Under the pieces are notes generated by a model. The model made no database searches, was not told the origin of the DNA, and saw only the letters and a list, made by a program, of their open reading frames with translations. Position numbers and translations under genes: made by a program. From NCBI GenBank assembly GCA_007280895.1, contig QYQN01000023.1:30861-94860 (forward strand): DNA of 64,000 bases, given 5' to 3'. The stretch comes from Methylococcaceae bacterium. GTDB taxonomy: Bacteria > Pseudomonadota > Gammaproteobacteria > Methylococcales > Methylomonadaceae. Below are positions 36,915 through 46,097 of this stretch, piece by piece (position 1 is the first letter of the stretch; the number at the start of each line of letters is the position of its first letter).

Positions 36915-38045
36915 ATGGCTGAAGATTCAGATCAAGAAAAAACCGAAGAACCCACTGGTAAACGCTTAGAAGACGCTCAGAAAAAAGGGCAGATTGCACG
37001 CTCTAAAGAGCTTAATACCTTTGCCATGCTACTTACTAGTGCCTCCTTATTTATGATGCTGGGTGATGGCATCGGCAATAGCTTAATAGTCATGATGAAA
37101 AAACAGTTTCACATTAGTCGTGAAGCTATTTTTGATACCGCTCATCTGACCATACAATTTAAACAAAGCATGATTGATGGTCTATTACTGGTTACCCCTA
37201 TTCTTGCCACCTTAGTCGTTATCGCAATTATTGCACCATTAGCCTTAGGTGGCTGGATCATGAGTTGGGATGCTATCAGCCCTAAATTTGAAAAAATGAA
37301 CCCCATTGCAGGCTTAGCCAGAATGTTTGCGGTTCATGGTTTAATTGAAATGTGCAAGGCCTTGTTTAAAGTTATTCTCATTGGCATCGTCTCTTATTCT
37401 TTGTATCAACGTTTTATTTTGCCCTTGCTTACTTTAGGTGCCGAACCACTAGAACAATCAATACATCATGGCTTAGATATTATCAGTCAATGTATCCTGA
37501 TTTTAAGTGCTTCGCTGATTGCCATTGTTTTGTTTGACGTGCCCATGCAATTAATGGAGCACAACAAAAAATTAAAAATGACCCTGCAAGAAATTAAAGA
37601 TGAAATGAAAGAAAGCGAAGGTAGTCCTGAGGTTAAAGGTCGCCAGCGACGTATGCAAATGGATATGGCACAAAATAGGATGATGGCTGAAGTCCCAAAC
37701 GCTGATGTGATCATCACCAACCCAAGTCATTATGCGGTTGCCTTAAAATATGACCCTGAAAAAAATGCTGCACCTCGCTTAGTGGCTAAAGGTGTCGATT
37801 TAATGGCGGCACAGATACGCAATGTCGCTATTGCGTCAAATATTCCTTTACTTGCTGCACCGCCTTTGGCACGCGCCCTGTATTATTCCACCGAATTAGA
37901 AAGAGAAATCCCACAAGGCTTATACCTTGCCGTTGCCCAAGTTCTTGCGTATATTTTTCAATTAAAGACCGCGCGTGAACAACGTCAATCAGAACCCATC
38001 CCGCCACGGGATCTACCTGTTCCCAAAGAATTTAAACAATCTTAA
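36915..38045 (+). CDS. flhB: Flagellar export switch protein FlhB
   Basis: EKTEEPTGKRLEDAQKKGQIARSKEL N-terminus and the NPSHY autocleavage motif (NPxH type). Confidence 0.95.
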   Translation: MAEDSDQEKTEEPTGKRLEDAQKKGQIARSKELNTFAMLLTSASLFMMLGDGIGNSLIVMMKKQFHISREAIFDTAHLTIQFKQSMIDGLLLVTPILATLVVIAIIAPLALGGWIMSWDAISPKFEKMNPIAGLARMFAVHGLIEMCKALFKVILIGIVSYSLYQRFILPLLTLGAEPLEQSIHHGLDIISQCILILSASLIAIVLFDVPMQLMEHNKKLKMTLQEIKDEMKESEGSPEVKGRQRRMQMDMAQNRMMAEVPNADVIITNPSHYAVALKYDPEKNAAPRLVAKGVDLMAAQIRNVAIASNIPLLAAPPLARALYYSTELEREIPQGLYLAVAQVLAYIFQLKTAREQRQSEPIPPRDLPVPKEFKQS

Positions 38046-38284
38046 TTATTGTGATTAAGTTTCCCCTTAAAAACCTTCGGGCTGCCAACTTAAAGCGAGA
38101 CATCGTGAAAAGTTAAGTCGTTCGTGGAGAGTTATAAACCATGAGCAACTTAACAGCCTAGCCCACTCAAAAGGACTCAGGGCGAACGTTCAAGCCTTGT
38201 TGAGTGTCCAGTGTTAAAGTGGTCGCTAACTTACGGTGTAACATGACAATCTTAAAACAACATACCGTACTATAAAATAAACTC

Positions 38285-38302
38285 TTGGTATTTTTTTTGC
38301 TT
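38285..38302 (+). promoter_or_regulatory. Candidate sigma-54 promoter for flhA
   Basis: TTGGTAttttttttGCTT with GG (38287-38288)-N10-GC (38299-38300). It lies about 52 nt upstream of the flhA ATG at 38354. Confidence 0.5.
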
Positions 38303-38353
38303 AAGAAATACTCATCATGCCTGTATATTTTTATACCTTTAAGCGACTCATCT

Positions 38354-40462
38354 ATGAATTTTAATAAATTAACTGCCGCTTTACAGCTGTTGGGGAAAGC
38401 AGAACTGGGTGCACCGCTAATTATTGTCATTATTTTGGCAATGATTATGCTGCCATTACCCACATTTTTATTAGATTTATTGTTCACGTTCAATATCGCA
38501 TTTTCACTCATTATTCTTCTTGTTGTCGTATACACCTTAAAACCTCTTGAGTTTGCCGCCTTTCCAACTGTCATTTTATTGGCAACCTTACTACGCTTAG
38601 CCCTCAACGTCGCCTCAACACGTATTGTATTATTAGAAGGGCACAATGGTGGCGATGCCGCAGGCAAGGTAATCGAAGCCTTTGGTGCCTTTGTTATTGG
38701 CGGTAACTTTGCAGTGGGTATCGTGGTCTTTGCAATTTTAGTGATTATCAATTTTGTCGTCGTCACCAAAGGTGCTGGGCGTGTTGCTGAAGTGGGCGCT
38801 AGATTCACCCTAGACGCGATGCCTGGTAAACAAATGGCAATTGATGCTGATCTTAACGCCGGCTTAATCGATCAAGATGAAGCCCGTATACGACGCGTTG
38901 AAGTCGCTACCGAAGCTGATTTTTATGGCTCAATGGACGGTGCGAGCAAATTCGTTCGCGGTGATGCCGTGGCGGGTATTATTATTTTATTTGTAAACGT
39001 TATTGGTGGTTTAGCTATTGGCATGGGACAACATAACCTAAGCTTTGCCCAAGCTGCCGAAAACTATGTACTCCTCACTATTGGTGACGGCTTGGTGGCA
39101 CAAATTCCTTCATTACTATTATCTTCAGCGTCTGCATTAGTTGTGACTAAAGTGGGCAGTAGTGGACAAAATATTGGTCAACAAGTCAGCACTCAGCTTT
39201 TCGAAAATCCTAAATCCTTATTAATTACTGGCGGCATGATTGGCGCGCTAGGTTTAATTCCTGGCATGCCTAATTTAGTATTTATTTTATTAGCAAGCAG
39301 TTTAGCTGGCTCAGCCTATTTAATTGAAAAAAAGCATAAAGCTGCAAAATTAGCCGCAACAACTGGAGACTCAAGCGCTTCAGTGCAGGCAAATTTACCA
39401 GAATCTCCTAAACCTATTGAATTAAGCTGGGATGATGTGATGCCAGTGGATATTATCGGTTTAGAAGTTGGCTACCGTTTAATTTCCTTAGTCGACCAAA
39501 ATCAAGGTGGACAATTAATGATGCGCATCAAAGGCGTAAGAAAAAAATTATCCCAAGAATTAGGATTTTTAATCCCTTCCGTACACATCAAAGATAATCT
39601 TGATTTAAACCCAACCACGTACCGAATCTCTCTGATGGGCGTACCCTTAGGCGAAGCTGATGTCTTTCCTGACATGGAAATGGCGATCAATCCAGGGCGC
39701 GTTTTTGGCACCATACAAGGTCGCCCCTGCAGAGACCCGGCCTTTGGTTTAGAAGCATTATGGATTGAACCGCGACAAAAAGATCAAGCCCAAACCCTTG
39801 GCTATACCGTAGTTGATCCTGGCACCGTCATTGCCACCCACTTAAGTCATTTATTGCAATCTCATGCGCATGAGTTATTAGGCTACGAAGAAACACAAAA
39901 ATTATTAGATAATTTAGCCAAATCAGCCCCTAAATTAGTGGATGATTTAATTCCAAAAACGTTGCCTCTGGGTATTATTGTCAAAGTATTGCAAAACTTG
40001 CTGTTAGAACGCATTCCGATTCGAGACATTCGAACAATCGCCGAAACTTTGGCGGACTATGGCGGGAGAAGTCAAGATCCGGACGTGTTAACCTCAGCAG
40101 TACGCACTGCACTTGGACGATTAATTATCAGTGTTATCAGCGGTATACAAGATGAATTGCCAGTAATGACGTTAGATCATGAATTGGAACAGTTGTTGCA
40201 TAACTCAATACAGACTGCGAGTGAAACAGGTGTCGGCATTGAACCTGGATTAGCCGAGCAAATGCACCAATCGTTACAAGAAAATGTTCAAAAAATGGAA
40301 ATGGATGGTCAAAGCCCCATTTTATTGGTCTCTTCTTATATTCGTCCTTGGCTTGCTCGCTTCATTCGCCACTCAATCCAAGACTTACATGTTTTGGCTT
40401 ACACAGAAATACCCGCCGACCGTCAAATAAAAGTCGTGGCAACGGTAGGTCGTCGATCTTAG
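38354..40462 (+). CDS. flhA: Flagellar export gate protein FlhA
   Basis: Start moved to the ATG at 38354 (MNFNKLTAALQLLGKAELGAPLIIV). Conserved FHIPEP region (RFTLDAMPGKQMAIDADLNAG...GASKFVRGDA). Confidence 0.95.
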   Translation: MNFNKLTAALQLLGKAELGAPLIIVIILAMIMLPLPTFLLDLLFTFNIAFSLIILLVVVYTLKPLEFAAFPTVILLATLLRLALNVASTRIVLLEGHNGGDAAGKVIEAFGAFVIGGNFAVGIVVFAILVIINFVVVTKGAGRVAEVGARFTLDAMPGKQMAIDADLNAGLIDQDEARIRRVEVATEADFYGSMDGASKFVRGDAVAGIIILFVNVIGGLAIGMGQHNLSFAQAAENYVLLTIGDGLVAQIPSLLLSSASALVVTKVGSSGQNIGQQVSTQLFENPKSLLITGGMIGALGLIPGMPNLVFILLASSLAGSAYLIEKKHKAAKLAATTGDSSASVQANLPESPKPIELSWDDVMPVDIIGLEVGYRLISLVDQNQGGQLMMRIKGVRKKLSQELGFLIPSVHIKDNLDLNPTTYRISLMGVPLGEADVFPDMEMAINPGRVFGTIQGRPCRDPAFGLEALWIEPRQKDQAQTLGYTVVDPGTVIATHLSHLLQSHAHELLGYEETQKLLDNLAKSAPKLVDDLIPKTLPLGIIVKVLQNLLLERIPIRDIRTIAETLADYGGRSQDPDVLTSAVRTALGRLIISVISGIQDELPVMTLDHELEQLLHNSIQTASETGVGIEPGLAEQMHQSLQENVQKMEMDGQSPILLVSSYIRPWLARFIRHSIQDLHVLAYTEIPADRQIKVVATVGRRS

Positions 40463-40479
40463 ATTAAGGAATAGGCAAA

Positions 40480-41964
40480 ATGAAAATGAAACGTTTTTTT
40501 GCAAAAGACATCAAACAAGCAATGCGCATGGTTAAAGATGAATTAGGCGCTGATGCCGTGATTATGTCTAATCGCACCGTCGATGGGGGCGTTGAAATTG
40601 TTGCCGCTCAAGATTTTGATGCACAAACGCTTCAGCACCAAATAAATCAATCCACTACAGCTATTCCAGCACCCGAACCTACACCTGAAACAAAAAAATC
40701 AAGCTTACCTACGTTCGATTCCGCAAAAAAACATCTACACATTTTAAGCAGTTCCCGTAAACAAAATTCAGACACTAAAAATAAACCCACACGGACGCTT
40801 AATGAGCCACCTGTTAGATCAACATTTAAATTTTCTGAAGATGATCAATTTGTTGGCTATGCGGAAAAAGTACATCTACAAACAAAACCCACAGTATCAA
40901 AAGCCAAGCCATTAAACACGGTAAATGAAATAAAATCTGCCATTGAACAGGAACGCGCTGCGTTTAATGAACGTTTAGAAAAAAATCAGAACTCGCCACA
41001 ATCCCAAGCCACACCACGTACTGACCTATCTTCTGATAAATTATTATTAGAAATGAGCAAAGAATTAAAAAACTTACGTACTGCCTTAGATACAAAACTA
41101 ACACAACCACATTGGGCAACAGCCTCAGCACCTGCAAATCCAATCCGCATTGATTTATTACAACGCCTAATGGGCATGAGTATTTCAAAAAAACTCAGCC
41201 TTAAACTTGCTAACCAATTAGCTGAGCAGCATGATTCAGACTCGGTGTTTACAAAAGCACAAAACATATTAATAGACTCTCTCCCTATTGCCACGGATAC
41301 TATTTTAACCTCTGGCGGCATTATTGCCTTAGTTGGCCCGACAGGTGCCGGAAAAACAACCACTATTGCCAAACTAGCAGCTAAATTTATTTTAAAACAT
41401 GGGCCTAGACAGATTGCAATCATTACTACAGACAATTACCGCATAGGAGCGCATGAACAAATCAATACCTATGGTCGCATTTTAGATGTGCCGGTTCGTG
41501 TTGCTAATAACGCCACTGAGCTACAGCAGTTAATCCAGAGCTTTGCTGATAAAAAACTTATCTTAATTGATACGGCTGGAATGAGTCATCGCGATATGAA
41601 ATTAGCCGAGCAAATTGATACACTCAAACAAAGTAATATCCCTATTAACGCTTACTTAGTCATGTCAGCCGCCACAGAATATCGTGCTTTACATGAAACC
41701 ATTAAGGCTTTTCAGGTATTTGAACCTCAAGGCTGTATTTTGACCAAAGTAGATGAAGCCGTTACTTATGGCCCAGCCATCTCTGCTATCATAGAACACA
41801 ATCTTCCGTTATTTTCTATTACCAACGGGCAACAAGTCCCTGAAGATATGCATTGGCCCTGCGCAAAAGACCTAGTGCGGCAATGCGCTGCTGAATTAGA
41901 TAACAAAACAGATTATACTGATGACCTGAATGACGGCTTAAGGGTGGCTCAAGGCTATGCATAA
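40480..41964 (+). CDS. flhF: Flagellar placement SRP-type GTPase FlhF
   Basis: N-terminal MKMKRFFAKDIKQAMRMVKDELGADAVI. NG domain with GPTGAGKTTT, DTAGMS and TKVDE motifs. Confidence 0.9.
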   Translation: MKMKRFFAKDIKQAMRMVKDELGADAVIMSNRTVDGGVEIVAAQDFDAQTLQHQINQSTTAIPAPEPTPETKKSSLPTFDSAKKHLHILSSSRKQNSDTKNKPTRTLNEPPVRSTFKFSEDDQFVGYAEKVHLQTKPTVSKAKPLNTVNEIKSAIEQERAAFNERLEKNQNSPQSQATPRTDLSSDKLLLEMSKELKNLRTALDTKLTQPHWATASAPANPIRIDLLQRLMGMSISKKLSLKLANQLAEQHDSDSVFTKAQNILIDSLPIATDTILTSGGIIALVGPTGAGKTTTIAKLAAKFILKHGPRQIAIITTDNYRIGAHEQINTYGRILDVPVRVANNATELQQLIQSFADKKLILIDTAGMSHRDMKLAEQIDTLKQSNIPINAYLVMSAATEYRALHETIKAFQVFEPQGCILTKVDEAVTYGPAISAIIEHNLPLFSITNGQQVPEDMHWPCAKDLVRQCAAELDNKTDYTDDLNDGLRVAQGYA

Positions 41965-42829
41965 TCAATCAGATCAAGCTGCTGGACTAAGAAAAATGAA
42001 ACAAATGAAGCCTGTAAGAGTCATTGCTATTACCAGTGGAAAAGGCGGCGTTGGTAAAACTAATTTATCAGTAAACCTTGGTATCGCCTTAGCACAGCTT
42101 GGCCAACGTGTGGCTATTCTTGATGCCGATATGGGCTTAGCCAATGTTGATATTTTATTAGGCTTATACCCAAAATTTAATTTGTCTCATGTCTTGTCAG
42201 GTGATAAAACACTCGATGAAATTATGTTAGTTGGTCCAGCTGGCTTAAAAATCATCCCAGGTGCGTCAGGTATACAAAAAATGGCAGAACTATCCATTAC
42301 TGAACAAGCAGGTATTGTGCGTGCATTTAGTGAAATAGACCAAGACTTGGATGTGTTAATTGTTGATACCGCAGCAGGTATTTCTGCTAATGTTATTAAC
42401 TTTGCACGAGCATGTCAGGAAATTATTGTCGTTGTCTGTGATGAACCCACCTCACTTACCGATGCCTATGCTTTTATAAAATTACTCAACCGAGATTACG
42501 GGCTAAGCCAATTTCATGTTTTAACCAATATGGTTCAGTCTTTTCAACAAGGTCAGGCTTTATTTCAAAAACTTACCAAAGTAACTAATCACTATTTAGA
42601 TGTAAGTTTACACTTTGAAGGCGCAGTCCCTTTTGATGATTTTTTAAGAAAATCTGTACAAAAACAGACGCCTGTCGTCATTGCCTTTCCAGGAAGCAAA
42701 GCAGCTATCGCCATTAGAGCAATTGCTGAAAAAATAAATCGTTGGCCTTTAAAATCTCAAACGGGCGGCTATATTGAATTTTTTATTGAAAAAATGATTA
42801 AGTATGGCGCCAAGGAATATGCAACATGA
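41957..42829 (+). CDS. fleN: Flagellar number regulator FleN/FlhG (MinD/ParA-type ATPase)
   Basis: Deviant Walker A SGKGGVGKT. Overlaps the flhF stop. Followed by fliA. Confidence 0.9.
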   Translation: MHNQSDQAAGLRKMKQMKPVRVIAITSGKGGVGKTNLSVNLGIALAQLGQRVAILDADMGLANVDILLGLYPKFNLSHVLSGDKTLDEIMLVGPAGLKIIPGASGIQKMAELSITEQAGIVRAFSEIDQDLDVLIVDTAAGISANVINFARACQEIIVVVCDEPTSLTDAYAFIKLLNRDYGLSQFHVLTNMVQSFQQGQALFQKLTKVTNHYLDVSLHFEGAVPFDDFLRKSVQKQTPVVIAFPGSKAAIAIRAIAEKINRWPLKSQTGGYIEFFIEKMIKYGAKEYAT

Positions 42830-43557
42830 GTCGAGTAGCAATGTATGCCTCTGTTAAAGGGGGCGGCACGAATGAAATGGTTTTACAACACGCTCCTTTG
42901 GTGAAACGGATTGCCTACCATTTATTAAGTAGATTACATGATTCCGTACAAATAGAAGATTTAATTCAGTCAGGTATGTTAGGTTTATTAGAAGCCATTA
43001 AAAACTATGATCCCACCCAAGGGGCAAGTTTTGAAACCTATGCAGGCATCAGAATTCGTGGCTCAATGATAGATGAAGTAAGGCGTTCAGATTGGACACC
43101 ACGCTCTGTTCATAAAAAATCGCGTGGCGTTGCAGAAGCCATTCGAGAAATTGAAAATTCCACAGGACGCGAAGCGAAACCCGCCCAAATAGCCAAACAT
43201 CTGAACATTAGTTTAGATGAATATCACCAAATTTTACTGGATTCAAGCACTTCAAAAGTGTTTAGTGTTGAAGAATTAATCGAAAATACAGGTGACCAGT
43301 ATCTCGAGGATTCACATAATGGTACCGATGATTCTATTGAAAATTTAAGCCAAGAACATTTTAAACACGCCTTAACTAAAGCAATTGAAGGTCTTCCAGA
43401 ACGTGAACGCTTAGTCATTTCACTGTATTACGATGAAGAACTTAATCTTCGAGAAATTGGCGAAGTATTAGGTGTTAGTGAATCAAGAGTGTGTCAAATT
43501 AATAATCAAGCCGTATTGCGCTTACGCTCCAGACTTTCAGAATGGACACAAAACTAA
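42826..43557 (+). CDS. fliA: Flagellar sigma factor FliA (sigma-28)
   Basis: ATGA overlap with fleN. Region 2 (DLIQSGMLGLLEAIKNYDP), region 3, and region 4 (LNLREIGEVLGVSESRVCQI). Confidence 0.93.
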   Translation: MSRVAMYASVKGGGTNEMVLQHAPLVKRIAYHLLSRLHDSVQIEDLIQSGMLGLLEAIKNYDPTQGASFETYAGIRIRGSMIDEVRRSDWTPRSVHKKSRGVAEAIREIENSTGREAKPAQIAKHLNISLDEYHQILLDSSTSKVFSVEELIENTGDQYLEDSHNGTDDSIENLSQEHFKHALTKAIEGLPERERLVISLYYDEELNLREIGEVLGVSESRVCQINNQAVLRLRSRLSEWTQN

Positions 43558-43600
43558 TTTTTAAAATAGCTTAAATAACATTGAGTCAGAATTCATTCAA

Positions 43601-44371
43601 ATGAAATTTAAATTTTTTGATTTTTTAAGTGTTCTTGGTATTACCTTTGGAATTGGCTCTGTTTTATTAGGAAACGCCTTAGAAGGCGGTCAAATTAATT
43701 CCTTAATTAATATTCCTGCTTTTATTATTGTGTTGGGTGGTACATTAGGAGCAACATTATTACAATTTCCGCCCCATATTTTTTTTAAAAGTCTAAGCAT
43801 GTTAATTTGGATTATCAGACCCGTCCAAATTGATGCAGAAAAACAAATTGAATTAATTATTTATTGGAGTCATCAAGCAAGAAAATCTGGTTTACTTGCA
43901 CTTGAAGATGAAGTTGAAGCAGCGACCGATCCTTTTATAAAAAAAGCCTTACAATTACTTGTTGATGGTAAAGATGAAAACGCCATTACACATTCGCTAG
44001 AATTAGATATTAGCGTGAAAGAACAAAGAGATTATCAGGCAGCAAAAGTATTTGAAGCCATGGGGGGGTATTCACCCACGTTAGGTATTTTAGGCGCTGT
44101 GCTTGGTTTGATTCATGTTATGCAAAATCTTGGCAATACTGAGCTACTAGGCTCAGGTATTGCTACCGCATTTGTCGCAACCATTTATGGCGTTGCCTTA
44201 GCTAATTTAATTTTTTTACCCATTGCAAATAAACTAAAAAGTCATATCTTTGAGATGATTCAATTAAAAGAAATGCTAACTTTAGGCATAATATGCATTG
44301 CTAACAATGAAAACCCTCAAAATATTGAATTACAACTTAGCGGGTATCTTCATAATCCTATAATGAAATAA
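43601..44371 (+). CDS. motC: Second stator A subunit (MotC/PomA-like MotA-family protein)
   Basis: 256 aa, 4-TM MotA/TolQ-family pattern (GGYSPTLGILGAVLGLIHVM; IATAFVATIYGVALANLIFLPI). Immediately after fliA. Confidence 0.85.
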   Translation: MKFKFFDFLSVLGITFGIGSVLLGNALEGGQINSLINIPAFIIVLGGTLGATLLQFPPHIFFKSLSMLIWIIRPVQIDAEKQIELIIYWSHQARKSGLLALEDEVEAATDPFIKKALQLLVDGKDENAITHSLELDISVKEQRDYQAAKVFEAMGGYSPTLGILGAVLGLIHVMQNLGNTELLGSGIATAFVATIYGVALANLIFLPIANKLKSHIFEMIQLKEMLTLGIICIANNENPQNIELQLSGYLHNPIMK

Positions 44372-44378
44372 CACTATT

Positions 44379-45284
44379 ATGAGATTAAGGAAAAAAAAAT
44401 CACACGATTCTGAAAATGAAGGCAATCAAGAGCGCTGGCTAGTCTCTTATGCTGATTTTATTACCTTACTCTTTGCTTTTTTTGTGGTGATGTATTCTGT
44501 TTCATCGGTTAATGAAGCAAAATACAAAAGCTTAGAGGCTTCCTTAGGAAGTGCTTTCTCCACAAAAAAAACAAAACCTGAGACCACAGGTTCAACGGAC
44601 TCAGACACCATAACTGAGGCCGAAGCCGAGGCATTTAAAAATTTACCTGAAAAAAAAAATACTCAACCGTTAGATAAAGCATCTAAAGAAGAAATAGATA
44701 GAAAACGTCAATTAAGCGAAGAAATTTTAAAAGAAAGACGACAATTAAATAAAGTCTCCGAATTATTAAAGGAAACACTACATGTCGTTATAGAAGAAAA
44801 ATTAGTAGAAGTTATCAATAATGATTATTGGATATCTCTACAAATGAATAGTGAATTATTATTTTTAAGTGGTGACTCTGAGTTATCAAAAAAAGCTTTG
44901 CCTATACTTGAAAAAATCACAGATGTTATTAATGAAATGCAAAATGCTATAAATATTGAAGGGCACACGGATAACATCCCTATTTCCAATATAAAATTTA
45001 GATCAAATTGGGATTTATCTGCTGCGCGTGCATCAAGTGTGGTCATGGAATTTGAACAACTAGGTATTAATCCAACGCGCTTATCTGCAATTGGTTATGG
45101 TGAATTTCATCCAGTGGCTGATAATTTAACGGAAGAAGGTCGTTTTAAAAATCGGCGTGTAGTTCTTGTGCTTATGTCTCAAGCATTTTCACGCTATGGC
45201 GCAAATGATGAAGAACGCGCAAAATTATTAAACTTAGATCCAAATCTATCTGAGCAAGATAGCCAAACCACGCCAGCTAATTAA
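44379..45284 (+). CDS. motD: Second stator B subunit (MotD/PomB-like, OmpA-like domain)
   Basis: RWLVSYADFITLLFAFFVVMY plug/TM region with the conserved Asp. OmpA-like domain (IEGHTDNIPI...NWDLSAARASSV...NRRVVLVL). Confidence 0.85.
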   Translation: MRLRKKKSHDSENEGNQERWLVSYADFITLLFAFFVVMYSVSSVNEAKYKSLEASLGSAFSTKKTKPETTGSTDSDTITEAEAEAFKNLPEKKNTQPLDKASKEEIDRKRQLSEEILKERRQLNKVSELLKETLHVVIEEKLVEVINNDYWISLQMNSELLFLSGDSELSKKALPILEKITDVINEMQNAINIEGHTDNIPISNIKFRSNWDLSAARASSVVMEFEQLGINPTRLSAIGYGEFHPVADNLTEEGRFKNRRVVLVLMSQAFSRYGANDEERAKLLNLDPNLSEQDSQTTPAN

Positions 45285-45313
45285 TTTTGTTTTTATAAAA
45301 GTACGAAAAGCAT

Positions 45314-45730
45314 GTGTTAACTAATTCTTTTTTAATATTTTTTTTAATTATAACGTTCCTCTGCATACTACTGCTGAGTGCTGTGATAATTTGGCTTTTT
45401 TTCTCTCATCAAGCACATAAAAAAAATTTTCAACGTTTAAATGAACGCATCAATAATTACCAAAGTGATTTATCAGGTTTGTGTTCAGCCGCCTTACTTA
45501 TTGATAAACAATTAGAAAATATTACTGAACACGTTAATGAACAACTAACACTAATGGATTCAAAATTAGTGGAAATAACTCAACATCCTTCACCAGAAAT
45601 CAATAATCATCCTTATCAATCAGTTATTCAAAAAGTAAAAGCAGGGGCTAACATCAGCGAATTAATGCAAAGTGCTGGTTTAAGTCACGATGAGGCAGCC
45701 TTGTTAATTCGCTTACATAGTAAAAAATAA
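45314..45730 (+). CDS. DUF2802-like flagellar-locus protein
   Basis: GTG start, N-terminal TM segment, C-terminal GANISELMQSAGLSHDEAALLIRLH, typical of DUF2802 genes in polar-flagellum loci. Confidence 0.6.
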   Translation: MLTNSFLIFFLIITFLCILLLSAVIIWLFFSHQAHKKNFQRLNERINNYQSDLSGLCSAALLIDKQLENITEHVNEQLTLMDSKLVEITQHPSPEINNHPYQSVIQKVKAGANISELMQSAGLSHDEAALLIRLHSKK

Positions 45731-45732
45731 TA

Positions 45733-46041
45733 TTAACCCTCTTTATTTTCTCCTTCTACATTATCCAAAGAGTCTTCTTTATTTTCCTCATCATCCACAA
45801 CATCCTCATTTTTTTCTTCTACAGGCTCAGTTTGAATAGGTGCTTCAGGAAATAAAAAATCTGCAAAAAATACAGGAAAAAATAAAAAAATCATGAACGC
45901 AATCGCCACAAAACCCGGATTTATAATACCTGATAACCAATAGGCCATTACACAAGCACAGATTAAAGCAATAGGACCGGGTGCTTCTAAGTCGTCCTTT
46001 TTAACCTTAATTTTAACCTTGATTTTCCGTGTTTTTGCCAA
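45733..46041 (-). CDS. Hypothetical small membrane protein (basic N-terminus, 2 TM segments, acidic tail)
   Basis: TTG start with an AGGTGA Shine-Dalgarno 5 nt upstream. No recognisable family. Confidence 0.45.
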   Translation of the reverse strand: MAKTRKIKVKIKVKKDDLEAPGPIALICACVMAYWLSGIINPGFVAIAFMIFLFFPVFFADFLFPEAPIQTEPVEEKNEDVVDDEENKEDSLDNVEGENKEG

Positions 46042-46097
46042 AACAGTTCACCTTTACAACATTAATCATTAACTTATAACGAATACAAACTCATCAG

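Noticed and set aside
38046-38353. c-di-GMP (GEMM) riboswitch or RsmY/RsmZ-type sRNA in the flhB-flhA spacer
   Set aside because: There are no GGCAAACC / ACGCAAAGC-type GEMM core motifs. Only two GGA motifs are present, too few for a CsrA/RsmA sponge. The region is left as an unexplained structured spacer.
38167-38808. 213-aa minus-strand ORF spanning the flhB-flhA spacer and the flhA 5' end
   Set aside because: Most of it is antisense to the conserved FlhA N-terminal membrane domain. The T/K/A/P-rich translation looks like frame-shadow composition. Only its last ~40 codons lie in the spacer.
44391-44659. Poly-A runs (A9, A10) in motD as programmed frameshift or phase-variation sites
   Set aside because: They encode Lys runs in an AT-rich genome, and similar A8 runs occur in motB and elsewhere. 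Nothing indicates an alternative frame with coding potential.
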